Shown: one piece after another, positions 21,102 through 31,421 of the stretch | How positions within the stretch are numbered: position 1 is the stretch's first letter | How the letters are laid out: each line of letters opens with the position of its first letter | Assembly: GCA_040398005.1 (NCBI GenBank) | Contig: JBBAUX010000005.1 | Span: 1-64,000, forward strand | Reading direction: 5' to 3' | DNA: 64,000 nt | Source: Opitutales bacterium | GTDB lineage: Bacteria; Verrucomicrobiota; Verrucomicrobiia; Opitutales; UBA953 | Made by a program: the position numbers and the translations under genes | Notes under the pieces: generated by a model | The model's input: only the letters and a program-made list of their open reading frames with translations | What the model was told of the DNA's origin: nothing | Database searches by the model: none

Positions 21102-22190
21102 TTACTGCGAAATTTGCCCTAGTTTATGCATAATTGTGAGGGCAACTGACTTAAAAACCCTGGCCGCGTTACTATCCGGGTGGCTGATGACGATCGGGAT
21201 GCCTAAATCGCCCCCTTGTCGCACCGCCGTATCTAAAGGTACTTCGCCTAATAATTCAGTATCTAAGGTCGTCGCAACCTTGAGGCCACCGCCTTGACCG
21301 AATGGATATTGGCGTGACCCGTTGGAGTCTTCGAAGTAGCTCATGTTTTCGGCGACGCCGATAATCGGGATGCCTACTTTGGCGAACATGGCCGCGCCAC
21401 GAAGGGCGACAGATACGGCCGCGGTTTGAGGCGTGGTGACAATGACAGCTCCGCTCAGAGCCATCGATTGAGCGATGGATAATTGGGCATCGCCCGTGCC
21501 TGGAGGAAGGTCGATCAGCAGGATTTCACACTCGCCCCAGCGGACATTCGAAGCGAATTGGGAAATCGTTTTCATGATCATCGGACCGCGCCAAACCACG
21601 GGCGCTTCCGCATCGATTAGCAGTCCCATCGACATAATTTTGACGCCAAAATTCTCGAGCGGGATTAGGACTTCGCCCTCCATTTCAGGTCGGGTATTCA
21701 CGCCAATCATGAGGGGCACGGAGGGACCGTAGATATCGCAATCCATCAAGCCCACGCGACCCGGTTGACCTTTCTCGGTGAAACTTCGGGCGAGGGCACA
21801 GGCGAGGTTGACGGCGAAGGTGGATTTTCCGACGCCCCCTTTACCGCTAGCGACGGCGACGATGTATTTTACGTTTTTAACACCCGCATCGATGGGCAAT
21901 TTATTATCGGTGGCAGTCGTGCTGGCAGCCGGGGCGTTTTTAGGGACGGTAACCGTGATGGCGATTTCCGGGTCGATCACGCCAGCTGCTTTTAGGACCG
22001 CTTCGATATCGTTATAAAGTTTCTTAGGAATCTCGGGGTCGGCCGTCGTGACCGCTAGGCCCACGGTGACTTTGCCATCGGGGGTGACTTCAATTCCTCT
22101 TAGTAGTCCGAAGGAAAGGATGTCTCGGCTGAATCCGGGGTAGCGGACCTGGCTAAGAGCTTTTTCTATAGTTTCCTTATCAATGGGCAT
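21102..22190 (-). CDS. mrp: Mrp/ApbC/NBP35 P-loop ATPase
   Basis: N-terminal DUF59-like domain, SGKGGVGKST, DIYGPS, WRGPM, DLPPGTGD, VTTPQ, ENMS. Confidence 0.95.
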   Translation of the reverse strand: MPIDKETIEKALSQVRYPGFSRDILSFGLLRGIEVTPDGKVTVGLAVTTADPEIPKKLYNDIEAVLKAAGVIDPEIAITVTVPKNAPAASTTATDNKLPIDAGVKNVKYIVAVASGKGGVGKSTFAVNLACALARSFTEKGQPGRVGLMDCDIYGPSVPLMIGVNTRPEMEGEVLIPLENFGVKIMSMGLLIDAEAPVVWRGPMIMKTISQFASNVRWGECEILLIDLPPGTGDAQLSIAQSMALSGAVIVTTPQTAAVSVALRGAAMFAKVGIPIIGVAENMSYFEDSNGSRQYPFGQGGGLKVATTLDTELLGEVPLDTAVRQGGDLGIPIVISHPDSNAARVFKSVALTIMHKLGQISQ

Positions 22191-22249
22191 GAGCAGGATT
22201 GAACTCCCGCCCTAGTTTAGGTCAAACTACGAAAACTTAAATTTCATCC

Positions 22250-23446
22250 ATGAAGTCAATAAACGTCATTTTCATCTTTGTGGCAGTCCTGTTGAGCACG
22301 GGAATGCGAGCCGAAGAGCGTGTGGTGATTAACGACAACATTGAAGCCACAGTGCAGTCGGGCGTAATTCCTATTTCCATTAATTGCGATGATGCAAAAT
22401 TAGGTGCGATGGTGCGAGCTGCCCTGAATGCGCACGGTGCATTCAGTGTGCGTAATGGTTCATCCGTAAAATTAAATATTGGTCGGACCGCGCTCACGGC
22501 TGCCGTCGCTTGCGATAATCCACGATTTAATTTTCAAGACACTGTCGAGGCACGTGATGAAGACGATTTAGCAATGAAGGTCGCGGATGCTGCGATTGTC
22601 GGTCTGGGTCGCATTTGGCAACTCAAGCCGATGTTTGCTAAAACAAAAATCGCTTTTGTTTCTACATCCTCGGGTCACTCCGAAATTTATACGACGAATT
22701 TAATTTATTCACGCATTCGTCGGATTACCGATTTCAAAAATACTTCCATTTCACCACGCTGGTCGGCTGATGCCGGAAAGATTTACTTCGTTTCCTCCAT
22801 GCGCACGGGCTTCCCCGAAATTTTCACCACGAAGGGAACGGGCGACTTACAAAAAGTAATTACGGATGTGCGTGGCGCGTTGGGCGGTGCAAACTGTGGA
22901 CCTGATGGACGTATCGCTTTTGCCTCATCGAATAAGGGCTCAATGGATATTTACGTCGCGGGGGGCGCGGGCGAAGGGCCTCGTCGAGTGATTGCTACGG
23001 CAGATGTTGATGCCGATCCCTCGTGGTCGCCTGATGGTTCCAGAATCGTATTAACCAGCGGGCCCTTGGGTCGCCCCGGTATTTACCTATCTTCGGCCTC
23101 GGGCGGTTCACTCACACGCCTATCCACGGGCTACAGCTATTGCACCGAGCCGCGCTGGAATCCTAAAGACCCCGCGCAAATCATTTTCACTTTTCAGTCG
23201 GGTCGCCTCGGCCTTGCGGTGGCTGATCTCAGTAAGGGCGAAATCGTTGCCGTGCCCACGACATCACCATTAAATTTATCACACGCTTCATGGTGTGCCG
23301 ATGGTCGTCACGTGGTCGCCACCCAAGCCACCAAAACTACATCGCACTTAGTCATCGTCGATACGAAGTCAGGCAAGACCACACGACTCACCGACGCAAA
23401 AATGGGCAACTGTTCCGAGCCCGATTGCTGGGTGAGCAGAAATTAA
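22250..23446 (+). CDS. TolB-like periplasmic beta-propeller protein
   Basis: Signal peptide; PD40-type repeats (SPRWS.D, PSWSPDG, EPRWNP); TKIAFVS. Confidence 0.8.
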   Translation: MKSINVIFIFVAVLLSTGMRAEERVVINDNIEATVQSGVIPISINCDDAKLGAMVRAALNAHGAFSVRNGSSVKLNIGRTALTAAVACDNPRFNFQDTVEARDEDDLAMKVADAAIVGLGRIWQLKPMFAKTKIAFVSTSSGHSEIYTTNLIYSRIRRITDFKNTSISPRWSADAGKIYFVSSMRTGFPEIFTTKGTGDLQKVITDVRGALGGANCGPDGRIAFASSNKGSMDIYVAGGAGEGPRRVIATADVDADPSWSPDGSRIVLTSGPLGRPGIYLSSASGGSLTRLSTGYSYCTEPRWNPKDPAQIIFTFQSGRLGLAVADLSKGEIVAVPTTSPLNLSHASWCADGRHVVATQATKTTSHLVIVDTKSGKTTRLTDAKMGNCSEPDCWVSRN

Positions 23447-24408
23447 TTCGAGCGCTGGCGGAGTCGATCAATGGCCACGGCAGTCACGATGATTGCACCG
23501 GTGATGATACGTGTCGTGCTTTCGCTGATTCCGTTAAGCGTACAGCCCGTGCGAATCACGGTGATAATGAGTGCACCGATGAGTGAGCCGAAAATCGAAC
23601 CGATACCACCGTTGAGGCTGGCCCCACCAATGACGACGGCTGCAATGATATCGAGCTCGTAGCCCGTTGCGCCAGTGGGGTCGCCTTGACCTTGGTAGGA
23701 CACGAGCATGAGTCCAGAGAGGGCAGCGAAGGCTCCGCCAATCATGTAGACAAAAAGTTTGGTGCGGTCGACTGCGACACCACAAAGGCGGGCGGTGTTT
23801 TCATTGGAACCCACGGCGAATACATGGCGTCCGAATACGGTGAAACGTAAAAATCCGGTCGCAACGAGAGCGAGTGCGATCATTAACCAACCCCCTGGAG
23901 GGATGATCAAAAATTTCATATCATCGGGTAGACTATTCAGCCAGAACCTCAACCAGTTGGCCTCTTGTGCGTTGATGGGTTGCGAGTTGGCCAAGGCTAA
24001 GGCCAGTCCGCGCAGAATGAGCAACGTCCCGAGTGTCGTGATGAAAGGAATTAATTTTGCCCGAACGACGAGGAGTCCGATGAATAAGCCAATGAGGAGT
24101 CCGCTGATTAAAGTGACGCTCACCGTAACGAAGGGATTAGTTCCAGCAACGGCCAGTTTAGCACCTACGACGGAGCAGAGGGCAATGGCCGAACCAATTG
24201 ATAAATCAATACCTGCGGAGATGATAATAAAAGTCATCCCAATCGCCGCGATACCAATGACGACGGTTTGTTGAACGATGGATTCGATACCTTCGGCCGA
24301 ACCAATGGCGCGATTACCGAGGCTGAAAAATAAACCCCAGATAGCGACGAGTGCAATAAATGTCCCGAGCGAGTTGAGGAGTTTTTTGGGAGAAGTGGTG
24401 TTGCTCAT
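23443..24408 (-). CDS. rbsC: Ribose/monosaccharide ABC transporter permease
   Basis: GIDLSIG, PFITTLG, GRHVFAVGSNE, GYELDIIAAVVIGGASL.GG. Substrate not certain. Confidence 0.85.
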   Translation of the reverse strand: MSNTTSPKKLLNSLGTFIALVAIWGLFFSLGNRAIGSAEGIESIVQQTVVIGIAAIGMTFIIISAGIDLSIGSAIALCSVVGAKLAVAGTNPFVTVSVTLISGLLIGLFIGLLVVRAKLIPFITTLGTLLILRGLALALANSQPINAQEANWLRFWLNSLPDDMKFLIIPPGGWLMIALALVATGFLRFTVFGRHVFAVGSNENTARLCGVAVDRTKLFVYMIGGAFAALSGLMLVSYQGQGDPTGATGYELDIIAAVVIGGASLNGGIGSIFGSLIGALIITVIRTGCTLNGISESTTRIITGAIIVTAVAIDRLRQRSN

Positions 24409-24418
24409 AAAATAATTA

Positions 24419-25903
24419 TTAATTTCCGGTAGCGGCGCGCATCAGTTTTTCAGAATTGGTTTCGGATACGGGTACGGCTTCGCTTAATTCGCCGCGACAG
24501 ACGGTAGCGATACGATCGCAGACGCCGAGTAGTTCGGGTAGGTAACTGCTGACCATTAAAACGGCCTTGGGATTTTTCGGATCCGTAACGAGGCGGTTAA
24601 TGACTTCGTAGATTTTCGCTTTCGCGGCGATATCGATTCCGCGCGTGGGTTCATCGAGTAAGAGAATGTCGCAATCGGCTTCAAGTAAGCGAGCGATGGC
24701 AGCTTTTTGTTGATTGCCACCAGAAAGATTGCCAATCGGTTGGTCGGGTCCTTGGCAACGAATGCCAAAATCTGAAATCCAACGCGCGGTGTGCAGGCTT
24801 CGCTGGCTCGGTGAGATGAAGCCGACTTTACCTAACTTAGATAGGGCAGGGAGGCAGACGTTGTCGCCAATGCTTAAATCGAGTGCGAGGCCTTCTTCTT
24901 TGCGGTTCTCACTGACAAATCCCAAATGGGCCTGCCAATTACTGCGAGGGTCGGAGGTTTTTTGGGTACCGTTAACCAAAACATTTTTCCCTTCAATGGT
25001 ATCGAGACCAAAGATGGCTCGGAGAAATTCGGTGCGGCCGGCTCCGACTAATCCGCAGAGTCCAACCACTTCACCCCGTCGTAAGGTAAGTTTACCGCTA
25101 CCAGGAATGGTTGCTTCTAATAAAACTGGTCCGATATTTCGTTGGCTACGGGGATAAAGATCTTTGACTTCGCGACCGACCATTTCAGCGACGATTTTTG
25201 CATCATCAATCGATTTGGTTTCGTAGACGGCAACGGATGCACCATCGCGGAGAATGGTGAGTCGACTGGTTAAGCGTCGCACCTCCTCGAGGAAGTGTGA
25301 AATATAAATAATACTCAGTCCGCGTTTCGCTAAGGTATCAATTAAGTCGAACAAACGTTCTACATCAGCCTGGGCTAAGGAACTCGTTGGCTCATCGAAC
25401 ACGATGATTTTACAGCCCATGGATAACGCGCGCGCAATTTCCACAATCTGTTGTTGGCTGACGGATAATTCTCCAGCGGGTTCGTTTACATCAATGTTAC
25501 CATGACCCAAGCTCGCTAGTGTTTTATTTGCTTCGGCCCGCATTTTTGCGTGATCGATGAGCAAGCCGTTACGTGGCTCGATTCCGAGGAAGATATTTTC
25601 GGCAATACTGAGGTGGGGAGCGATGGAAAGCTCTTGGTAAATCATACCCACGCCGCGGCGACGAGCTTCGGATGGATTAGCGGGTGCGTAAAGTTTTCCG
25701 TCGACCCACATTTCTCCGCTGTCGGGCTGGTAAGCTCCGGACAGAATTTTCATCAAGGTACTTTTCCCTGCGCCGTTTTCACCAACGAGGGCATGGACTT
25801 CGCCAGCCGAGAGTTTTAAGGAAACTCCAGCCAAGGCCACTTGTGCACCGAACGTTTTTTTAATGCCCCTCATTTCGAGGCGAATGGAATTACCGTTATC
25901 CAA
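24419..25903 (-). CDS. rbsA: Monosaccharide ABC transporter ATP-binding protein (two NBDs)
   Basis: GENGAGKSTL, FDEPTSSL, LSGGNQQK, LDEPTRGID. Confidence 0.88.
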   Translation of the reverse strand: MDNGNSIRLEMRGIKKTFGAQVALAGVSLKLSAGEVHALVGENGAGKSTLMKILSGAYQPDSGEMWVDGKLYAPANPSEARRRGVGMIYQELSIAPHLSIAENIFLGIEPRNGLLIDHAKMRAEANKTLASLGHGNIDVNEPAGELSVSQQQIVEIARALSMGCKIIVFDEPTSSLAQADVERLFDLIDTLAKRGLSIIYISHFLEEVRRLTSRLTILRDGASVAVYETKSIDDAKIVAEMVGREVKDLYPRSQRNIGPVLLEATIPGSGKLTLRRGEVVGLCGLVGAGRTEFLRAIFGLDTIEGKNVLVNGTQKTSDPRSNWQAHLGFVSENRKEEGLALDLSIGDNVCLPALSKLGKVGFISPSQRSLHTARWISDFGIRCQGPDQPIGNLSGGNQQKAAIARLLEADCDILLLDEPTRGIDIAAKAKIYEVINRLVTDPKNPKAVLMVSSYLPELLGVCDRIATVCRGELSEAVPVSETNSEKLMRAATGN

Positions 25904-25905
25904 AC

Positions 25906-26874
25906 TTAGTCGTTACCGAGTTGTGGTTTAATGACGGCCTGAATTTCAGGAGTGTCTACATTCTCGTTGGTGACGAAGGAGACTCCGGTATCGATATTCT
26001 TTTCGACAGGTTTTCCGGCAATCTTATCAGCCGCCGCTTTAACGGTCAGATAGCCCATGCGATAAGGATCCTGAGAAACGATAGCGCTTAACTCGCCTTG
26101 TTTAAGTGACTTGATTAACGAAGCAGTAGGGTCGAAGCCTACGAACTTAACTTTACCAGCGAGTTTGCTTTGTTTGAGGGCGGTGAGCATTCCGTAAGTA
26201 GTGCTTTGGTTCGAACAGAAAATACCATCAGGAGCTTGGTCGCCCGAAAAACGGAGGAGGAGGGCTTTAGATTTATCAACCGCCATGGCGACGGTCGCGC
26301 CGGCGTATTGTTCGTCGCTGATGACTTTGATATCAGGAAACGCTTTGATACCAGCAGCGAAGCCTTCTTCACGGGCTTCGGTGGAGCTGGAACCAGGGTT
26401 GTAGCGCAACATGAGAACGCGGCCTTTACCGCCGAGAATTTTGGCGAGTCCATCCGCACCACGTTTTCCAGCCGCATAATTGTCGGTGCCAACGTAACTG
26501 ATGCTTACGCCATCGGCTTTGCTTAAAGGAGAGTCGAAAATAATGACAGGGATATTGGCCTTCGTTGCTTTTTCTGCTTTTTCGCGAAGGGCTACTCCGT
26601 CGAGTGGGGCGAGGCAAAGTACGTCGACCTTACGAATGATCATGGAATCAACCATGCCCATTTGTTGGCGACGATCGTCTTCGCGCTCAGGTGCTGACCA
26701 AAGAACTTGGACGCCTAAATCTTCACCAGCTTTTAGGGCACCGGATTCAACGGACTTCCAGAAGACGTGAGCAGAGCCTTTCGGAATGAGGGCGATCACA
26801 GGCTTCGCTTTTTCTTCAGCCACCGAGGGAAGGGTGATGCTGAAAAGACTGAGGAGGAGGATGAGGTAACGCAT
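25906..26874 (-). CDS. rbsB: Sugar ABC transporter periplasmic binding protein
   Basis: Signal peptide; PKG..H.FW, GTDNY.AG, R..GF, VGFD, QDPY.MGY. Confidence 0.82.
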   Translation of the reverse strand: MRYLILLLSLFSITLPSVAEEKAKPVIALIPKGSAHVFWKSVESGALKAGEDLGVQVLWSAPEREDDRRQQMGMVDSMIIRKVDVLCLAPLDGVALREKAEKATKANIPVIIFDSPLSKADGVSISYVGTDNYAAGKRGADGLAKILGGKGRVLMLRYNPGSSSTEAREEGFAAGIKAFPDIKVISDEQYAGATVAMAVDKSKALLLRFSGDQAPDGIFCSNQSTTYGMLTALKQSKLAGKVKFVGFDPTASLIKSLKQGELSAIVSQDPYRMGYLTVKAAADKIAGKPVEKNIDTGVSFVTNENVDTPEIQAVIKPQLGND

Positions 26875-26884
26875 GGGGGTAAAA

Positions 26885-28579
26885 TTATTCGGCGGCCGTG
26901 AAGGGTGAGGGTGTGATTGATTCAGTGGGGCGAGGGAATAGTTCTAAGCCTAAAAGTACCGAGTAGGGCACCGTACTTCCGACAGGATATTTCGCTTGGA
27001 GTTCCGCACTGACTAAAAGCACGAGTGAATCGGAATCTTTTTCCCGGGCGACATTCAGGAAGTACCATTTGGGTGAAGGGCGACGAATAGAAAGTTCGCG
27101 ATCCCCGACGCGATAGCGAACGACGAGCGGACGGTCTCCAGTAACCGTGTGGGTAGTAACTTTATATTGTTCGCGTGCTAAAAAGACATCGCGAGGAATT
27201 TGGGTCGATTGAATTTCTTGGTTCGCTAAAAATTTCGAACCCCAAGCTAGAAAAACGCTGTCCCCGTTGATTCGGGTGCTCACCAAGATACTGTTGGCGG
27301 CGGTGTTTTTATCAAGATTGGGACATTCGGGAATGGTGAATTCACCGCTTTCATTAACCGGAATAAGTTTTGCTTCCGTGCTTAAAACCCAGGCCGCTAT
27401 TTCAGATCCGGGACCGCTATTAAATTCACTCCATACTTTTTTTCTATTGTTCTCATTATACCAGATTCGACCGCGATTTTCTAGATCATGTAATTTACCA
27501 GCATAAGCGCGTAAATTATTTCCCCACGTGCGACGAATTTTGGCGTCTTCGGCGAGAGGTCCACCTTTTGCTTCATTTTCTTGGGCAATTCTTACGGCTT
27601 CTCGTGCGGCGTATTCTACACGTTCGATGTTGGCCCTAATTTCATTTAGTTTGAGATATTTTAATTCATTTTGGAGGGCGGCTGACTCGGTAATGGTAGT
27701 CTCGTGGGGGAATGAGCTGATTAAATCGGATTTGATTTTTTCGAGCGTCGCCACATCGGCGACGGGTGCTAAAATCGTTTCAAGCACGGCCGTTTGGTCG
27801 GTGACTTTTTGGGATACTTCCGCCGGAGCTTCGTTCGGTAACAAATAGACTTTAATTTCCGCGTCGGGCTTAATGCCCCAACGTTTGAGCATCTCGTTTA
27901 AGGGTTTTAAATCGATTTTTCCGCTCACGGTGTAGCCCGTTGTGGCGGGAATTTTCAGGCGGTTATTTAAGGCAGGTTGAATGGACTGGCCACCCATCGG
28001 TTTGGCGAAAACCGCATTTTGACTTTCCGTACGAAGTTCTTCGAAGCGCTTCGTTTCATTCGAAAAGCGGCGCATGGAGTCCGGCAACTTCGGATCATCT
28101 TTGATAAATTGGCTGACTACTTTACCGACGAGTGATCCGCCGATATCGGTGAAAAGTCCGAATGACACGGTGGCTAAGAGCGTGAGAACGAAAAAGGTTC
28201 CCACGACAATTTTATTTCTCTTATTAATCCGCTTTAAATTATTTTCGTGCTGAGCCAGGATGGTAGTGGCTTGAGTTTGATTGACTTGATCGACCGTGGC
28301 GGCGTCAGCCAAGCGGTACATCATGAGTTTTCGACGGTCATCGGGGTTGAGGCGATTGGCCTCGAGGGCAATTTCCTCTTCGCTGGCTTCTAATCTTTTA
28401 CTTAACTTAATTTTAGCAGCAAAGGTGAAGAACTGTGATGCGGGCAACCATTCGGTCGCGCCTTCAGGCATACACGGGGTGTCGGCAGCAACCGTACCAA
28501 GGTTGATCAGTTCTTGAATTTCGGTCTCGGTGTGTGGGCCGCGAACTGCGTTGTCGATGTAGAAAGTAAATGAACGCAT
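26885..28579 (-). CDS. Membrane-anchored hypothetical protein with N-terminal GYF_2 (DUF4339)-like domain
   Basis: N-terminus FYIDNAVRGPHTETEIQELINLGTVAADTPCMPEGATEWLPA; one TM near aa 124-143; about 420-aa C-terminal domain. Confidence 0.7.
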   Translation of the reverse strand: MRSFTFYIDNAVRGPHTETEIQELINLGTVAADTPCMPEGATEWLPASQFFTFAAKIKLSKRLEASEEEIALEANRLNPDDRRKLMMYRLADAATVDQVNQTQATTILAQHENNLKRINKRNKIVVGTFFVLTLLATVSFGLFTDIGGSLVGKVVSQFIKDDPKLPDSMRRFSNETKRFEELRTESQNAVFAKPMGGQSIQPALNNRLKIPATTGYTVSGKIDLKPLNEMLKRWGIKPDAEIKVYLLPNEAPAEVSQKVTDQTAVLETILAPVADVATLEKIKSDLISSFPHETTITESAALQNELKYLKLNEIRANIERVEYAAREAVRIAQENEAKGGPLAEDAKIRRTWGNNLRAYAGKLHDLENRGRIWYNENNRKKVWSEFNSGPGSEIAAWVLSTEAKLIPVNESGEFTIPECPNLDKNTAANSILVSTRINGDSVFLAWGSKFLANQEIQSTQIPRDVFLAREQYKVTTHTVTGDRPLVVRYRVGDRELSIRRPSPKWYFLNVAREKDSDSLVLLVSAELQAKYPVGSTVPYSVLLGLELFPRPTESITPSPFTAAE

Positions 28580-28701
28580 AAGACGCGTGGATGCAGAAAA
28601 ATAAGGTCAAGCCAAGGTTGGCGGTGGGGTACGCTTAGGCAAGCCGATTGGCGACGCTTCGTCTTTGCAAATTCGCTCATAACCCTTTATGACTTTTGAC
28701 C

Positions 28702-30147
28702 ATGGCCAATCAAGGCATGAACCAATCTCAAAAACAGGTGCAGGGTCTTATTTTGACCCCGCAACTGCGCCAGTCTTTGAGAATTTTACAAGTGCCTGCG
28801 GCTGAATTATTGAGCGAAATTTCCGATGAATTAGCGGCGAATCCTTTAATTGAAGAAGTGGAGCCAGCGGGAACTGATTCTACTCCCTCCGCCAGCGAGT
28901 CGGAGGGCGAGGATGATTCTCCGCGTGAACTTAAATTGGGTGATGACGATTTTGACGCTTTACGACGGATGAAGGATGATTGGGACGAAAGTTATTACGA
29001 AGAGGTCCGCTCGCAGGGCTACTCGCAGGAAGACGAAGAGCGTCGCCAACACATGTTCGAATCGGTCACGGCTGAGTCTTCGCTCTCCGAGCACCTCGCC
29101 GAACAGGCGCGGACCGCATCGGATGATCCAGAAATCCAAGAGGCGCTTAAACTTTTAATTCACTCACTCGATGATCGTGGATTCCTCGACGAGGATCTCT
29201 CGAACCTCGCGCTGCGTTCCGGACAAAGCTACGAAGCGGTTGTGGCCGCGCATACTTTGTTATTGGGTTTTGATCCGATTGGAATTGGGGCACGCGATCT
29301 GCGTGAATGTTTCTTAGCCCAACTCCGTCACCGCCGTCGCGGTCTATCTTATGCGGCTAAACTCGTGGCGAATTGCTGGGAGCCCTTGATGGCGCGTCGA
29401 CTCGAAGAATGTGGACGGCTTTTAAATCTCGAGCCCGACCAAGTGCGCGAGGGATTAGAAGAATTAGGTAAATTGGAAACCGTGCCGGCTCGACGTTTTC
29501 AGAAAGACGAAAACCGCGCGATTACGCCCGATGCCACGATCGAAAAAGATGATGACGGAAAATGGAAAATTACTTTAGACGATCGCCACGTCCCTAAATT
29601 GCGCTTGGTGCCTGCCTATAAAGATATGTTGGCCGGTAATTCACTGAGCGAGAAAGAGCGTAATTATATTTTAGAAAGAATGCGCCAAGGGAAATTCCTG
29701 ATTGGGGCGATTGAAGAACGTCAACGTACGGTGGATCGTCTGGCTCATATTATTTTGGAACGCCAAGCTGACTTTTTTGAACATGGTCCATCGCAATTAA
29801 GACCCCTCACCATGACCGACGTCGCTAAAGAGATGGGCGTTCATGAAACCACGGTCGGTCGAGCCGCTGCGAATAAATGGATGCGTACGCCTCATGGGTT
29901 AAAAGAGTTTCGCTGGTTCTTTACTTCGGGTGTTTCCACCGAAGATGGCGGCACGGTCGCTCAAGAAGGCGTGCAGGAAATGATCGCCGATATTTTAGCT
30001 CGGGAAAATCCCGCCGCACCTTTAGCCGATGAAGCGATTACAACAGAACTTAAAAAACGCGGTATTAAAATTGCCCGTCGCACGGTAGCAAAATATCGCG
30101 AGGGTCTCGGTCAGCCTCCCGCCCACTTACGGAAGAAGCGTCTCTAA
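28702..30147 (+). CDS. rpoN: RNA polymerase sigma-54 factor
   Basis: Region I (LTPQLRQSL.ILQ), HETTVGRA, RpoN box ARRTVAKYRE. Confidence 0.98.
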   Translation: MANQGMNQSQKQVQGLILTPQLRQSLRILQVPAAELLSEISDELAANPLIEEVEPAGTDSTPSASESEGEDDSPRELKLGDDDFDALRRMKDDWDESYYEEVRSQGYSQEDEERRQHMFESVTAESSLSEHLAEQARTASDDPEIQEALKLLIHSLDDRGFLDEDLSNLALRSGQSYEAVVAAHTLLLGFDPIGIGARDLRECFLAQLRHRRRGLSYAAKLVANCWEPLMARRLEECGRLLNLEPDQVREGLEELGKLETVPARRFQKDENRAITPDATIEKDDDGKWKITLDDRHVPKLRLVPAYKDMLAGNSLSEKERNYILERMRQGKFLIGAIEERQRTVDRLAHIILERQADFFEHGPSQLRPLTMTDVAKEMGVHETTVGRAAANKWMRTPHGLKEFRWFFTSGVSTEDGGTVAQEGVQEMIADILARENPAAPLADEAITTELKKRGIKIARRTVAKYREGLGQPPAHLRKKRL

Positions 30148-31421
30148 GACAGCTGAGTTAACAGTTCTTCCCAGCCTAAATGAGTCATATCGGAGAAGAG
30201 GAATTGTACGCCCGCGGTTAATCCGCCCTCTAATTTTACAGGTGCCGCGAGTGCCGGTAGTCCGGCCAATGTTGCGGGTGCATTTAACGCTAGCAGGCGT
30301 TCGCGATGTTGAGCGGTTAAATCTTTCTTCGCCACCGCTGGCCCGAATGTGCACGGTAGCGCAATGAAACTGTATTGTTTAAAGAGGGTACGGAAGGTAT
30401 CGGTAATCTTAAGGCGATAAATTTCCGCTTCGCGAACTTCCTCGGCGGTACGTTTACTCGCGATGTTTAATCTTTCCCAGACTATGGGATCGTAAGATTT
30501 TTTTCGCTGATTTAACCAGGCGGCATGAACGCGGGCGGCGGCAGTTCCACCAAGCACCGGAAAATACTGATGCGCTTTGTTACTATTGATGCGTAGTAGT
30601 TCGGTCGCTGATTTATCTTCAGCAACATCCAGAGGGCGTACGAAATTTCTCAAAGTATTTAATACTGAGGAGTCCATACCTAGACCCAGATCGCCGACCC
30701 AAAGTCCTTTACCCAGTTTCGGAGATTTTCCTAAGACGGCTTTCGATACGGTAATAAGATCTGTCGGGTTATGCGTCATCCAACCTTGAGTGTCGTAACC
30801 AGGAGAAAGAGGGAAAATATCTCCGACTGGACTAATATCGGGCGTTAGACGTAAACCCCACACGCCGCAGTATCCGCAGGGCACACGAATGGATCCTGCG
30901 GTATCTGTCGCAAGAGCGAAGGGCACAATTTTTTTAGCGACCGCCCAAGCGGAACCTGAACTTGATCCGCCCGAAAGTAATTCAGGATGGGTGGGATGTT
31001 GGCAGTCGCCGTAATGGGGATTTTCCCCGCTTAAACCATAGGCAAACTCGTTGAGTTGGGTGCGTCCACATTCGACCGCTCCAGCGTCTTTTTGAAAGGC
31101 TGAAGGTAAAGATGAAGAGGTGCGTGGGATGCCGATTTCTTCAGGTAGAAAAGTTGAACCCGCGAAAGTGGGATGTCCGGCTCGGAAAAATAAATCTTTG
31201 GTTAAGAACGGTACGCCACCGAGACTATCCTCTTTTTGTGCCCACGCATTTTCAAAACGCTGGGTTAAACTTTTAGTGTCGGGTAAACCCGTTAAAGCGA
31301 AACGTTGCTCCTGCGCGCTGAGTGAACCGAGCTTCAGTAAAAAAGCTTCGGCGGACATACGCGGTCCGCGCGTGCTAAAAAAATCACGCCAATCAGAAAC
31401 AGTTTCGAGGTTTGTGCTCAC
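30144..31421 (-). CDS. Amidase signature family enzyme
   Basis: GVPFLTKDLF, GGSSSGSA and TDTAGSIRVP (Lys-cisSer-Ser triad). Confidence 0.92.
   Translation of the reverse strand: MSTNLETVSDWRDFFSTRGPRMSAEAFLLKLGSLSAQEQRFALTGLPDTKSLTQRFENAWAQKEDSLGGVPFLTKDLFFRAGHPTFAGSTFLPEEIGIPRTSSSLPSAFQKDAGAVECGRTQLNEFAYGLSGENPHYGDCQHPTHPELLSGGSSSGSAWAVAKKIVPFALATDTAGSIRVPCGYCGVWGLRLTPDISPVGDIFPLSPGYDTQGWMTHNPTDLITVSKAVLGKSPKLGKGLWVGDLGLGMDSSVLNTLRNFVRPLDVAEDKSATELLRINSNKAHQYFPVLGGTAAARVHAAWLNQRKKSYDPIVWERLNIASKRTAEEVREAEIYRLKITDTFRTLFKQYSFIALPCTFGPAVAKKDLTAQHRERLLALNAPATLAGLPALAAPVKLEGGLTAGVQFLFSDMTHLGWEELLTQLS

Noticed and set aside
28649..28670. Possible sigma54 promoter upstream of rpoN (TGGC...TTGC)
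   Set aside because: GG-to-GC spacing is 15 nt rather than the required 10; TTGCAA fits better as a -35 box.
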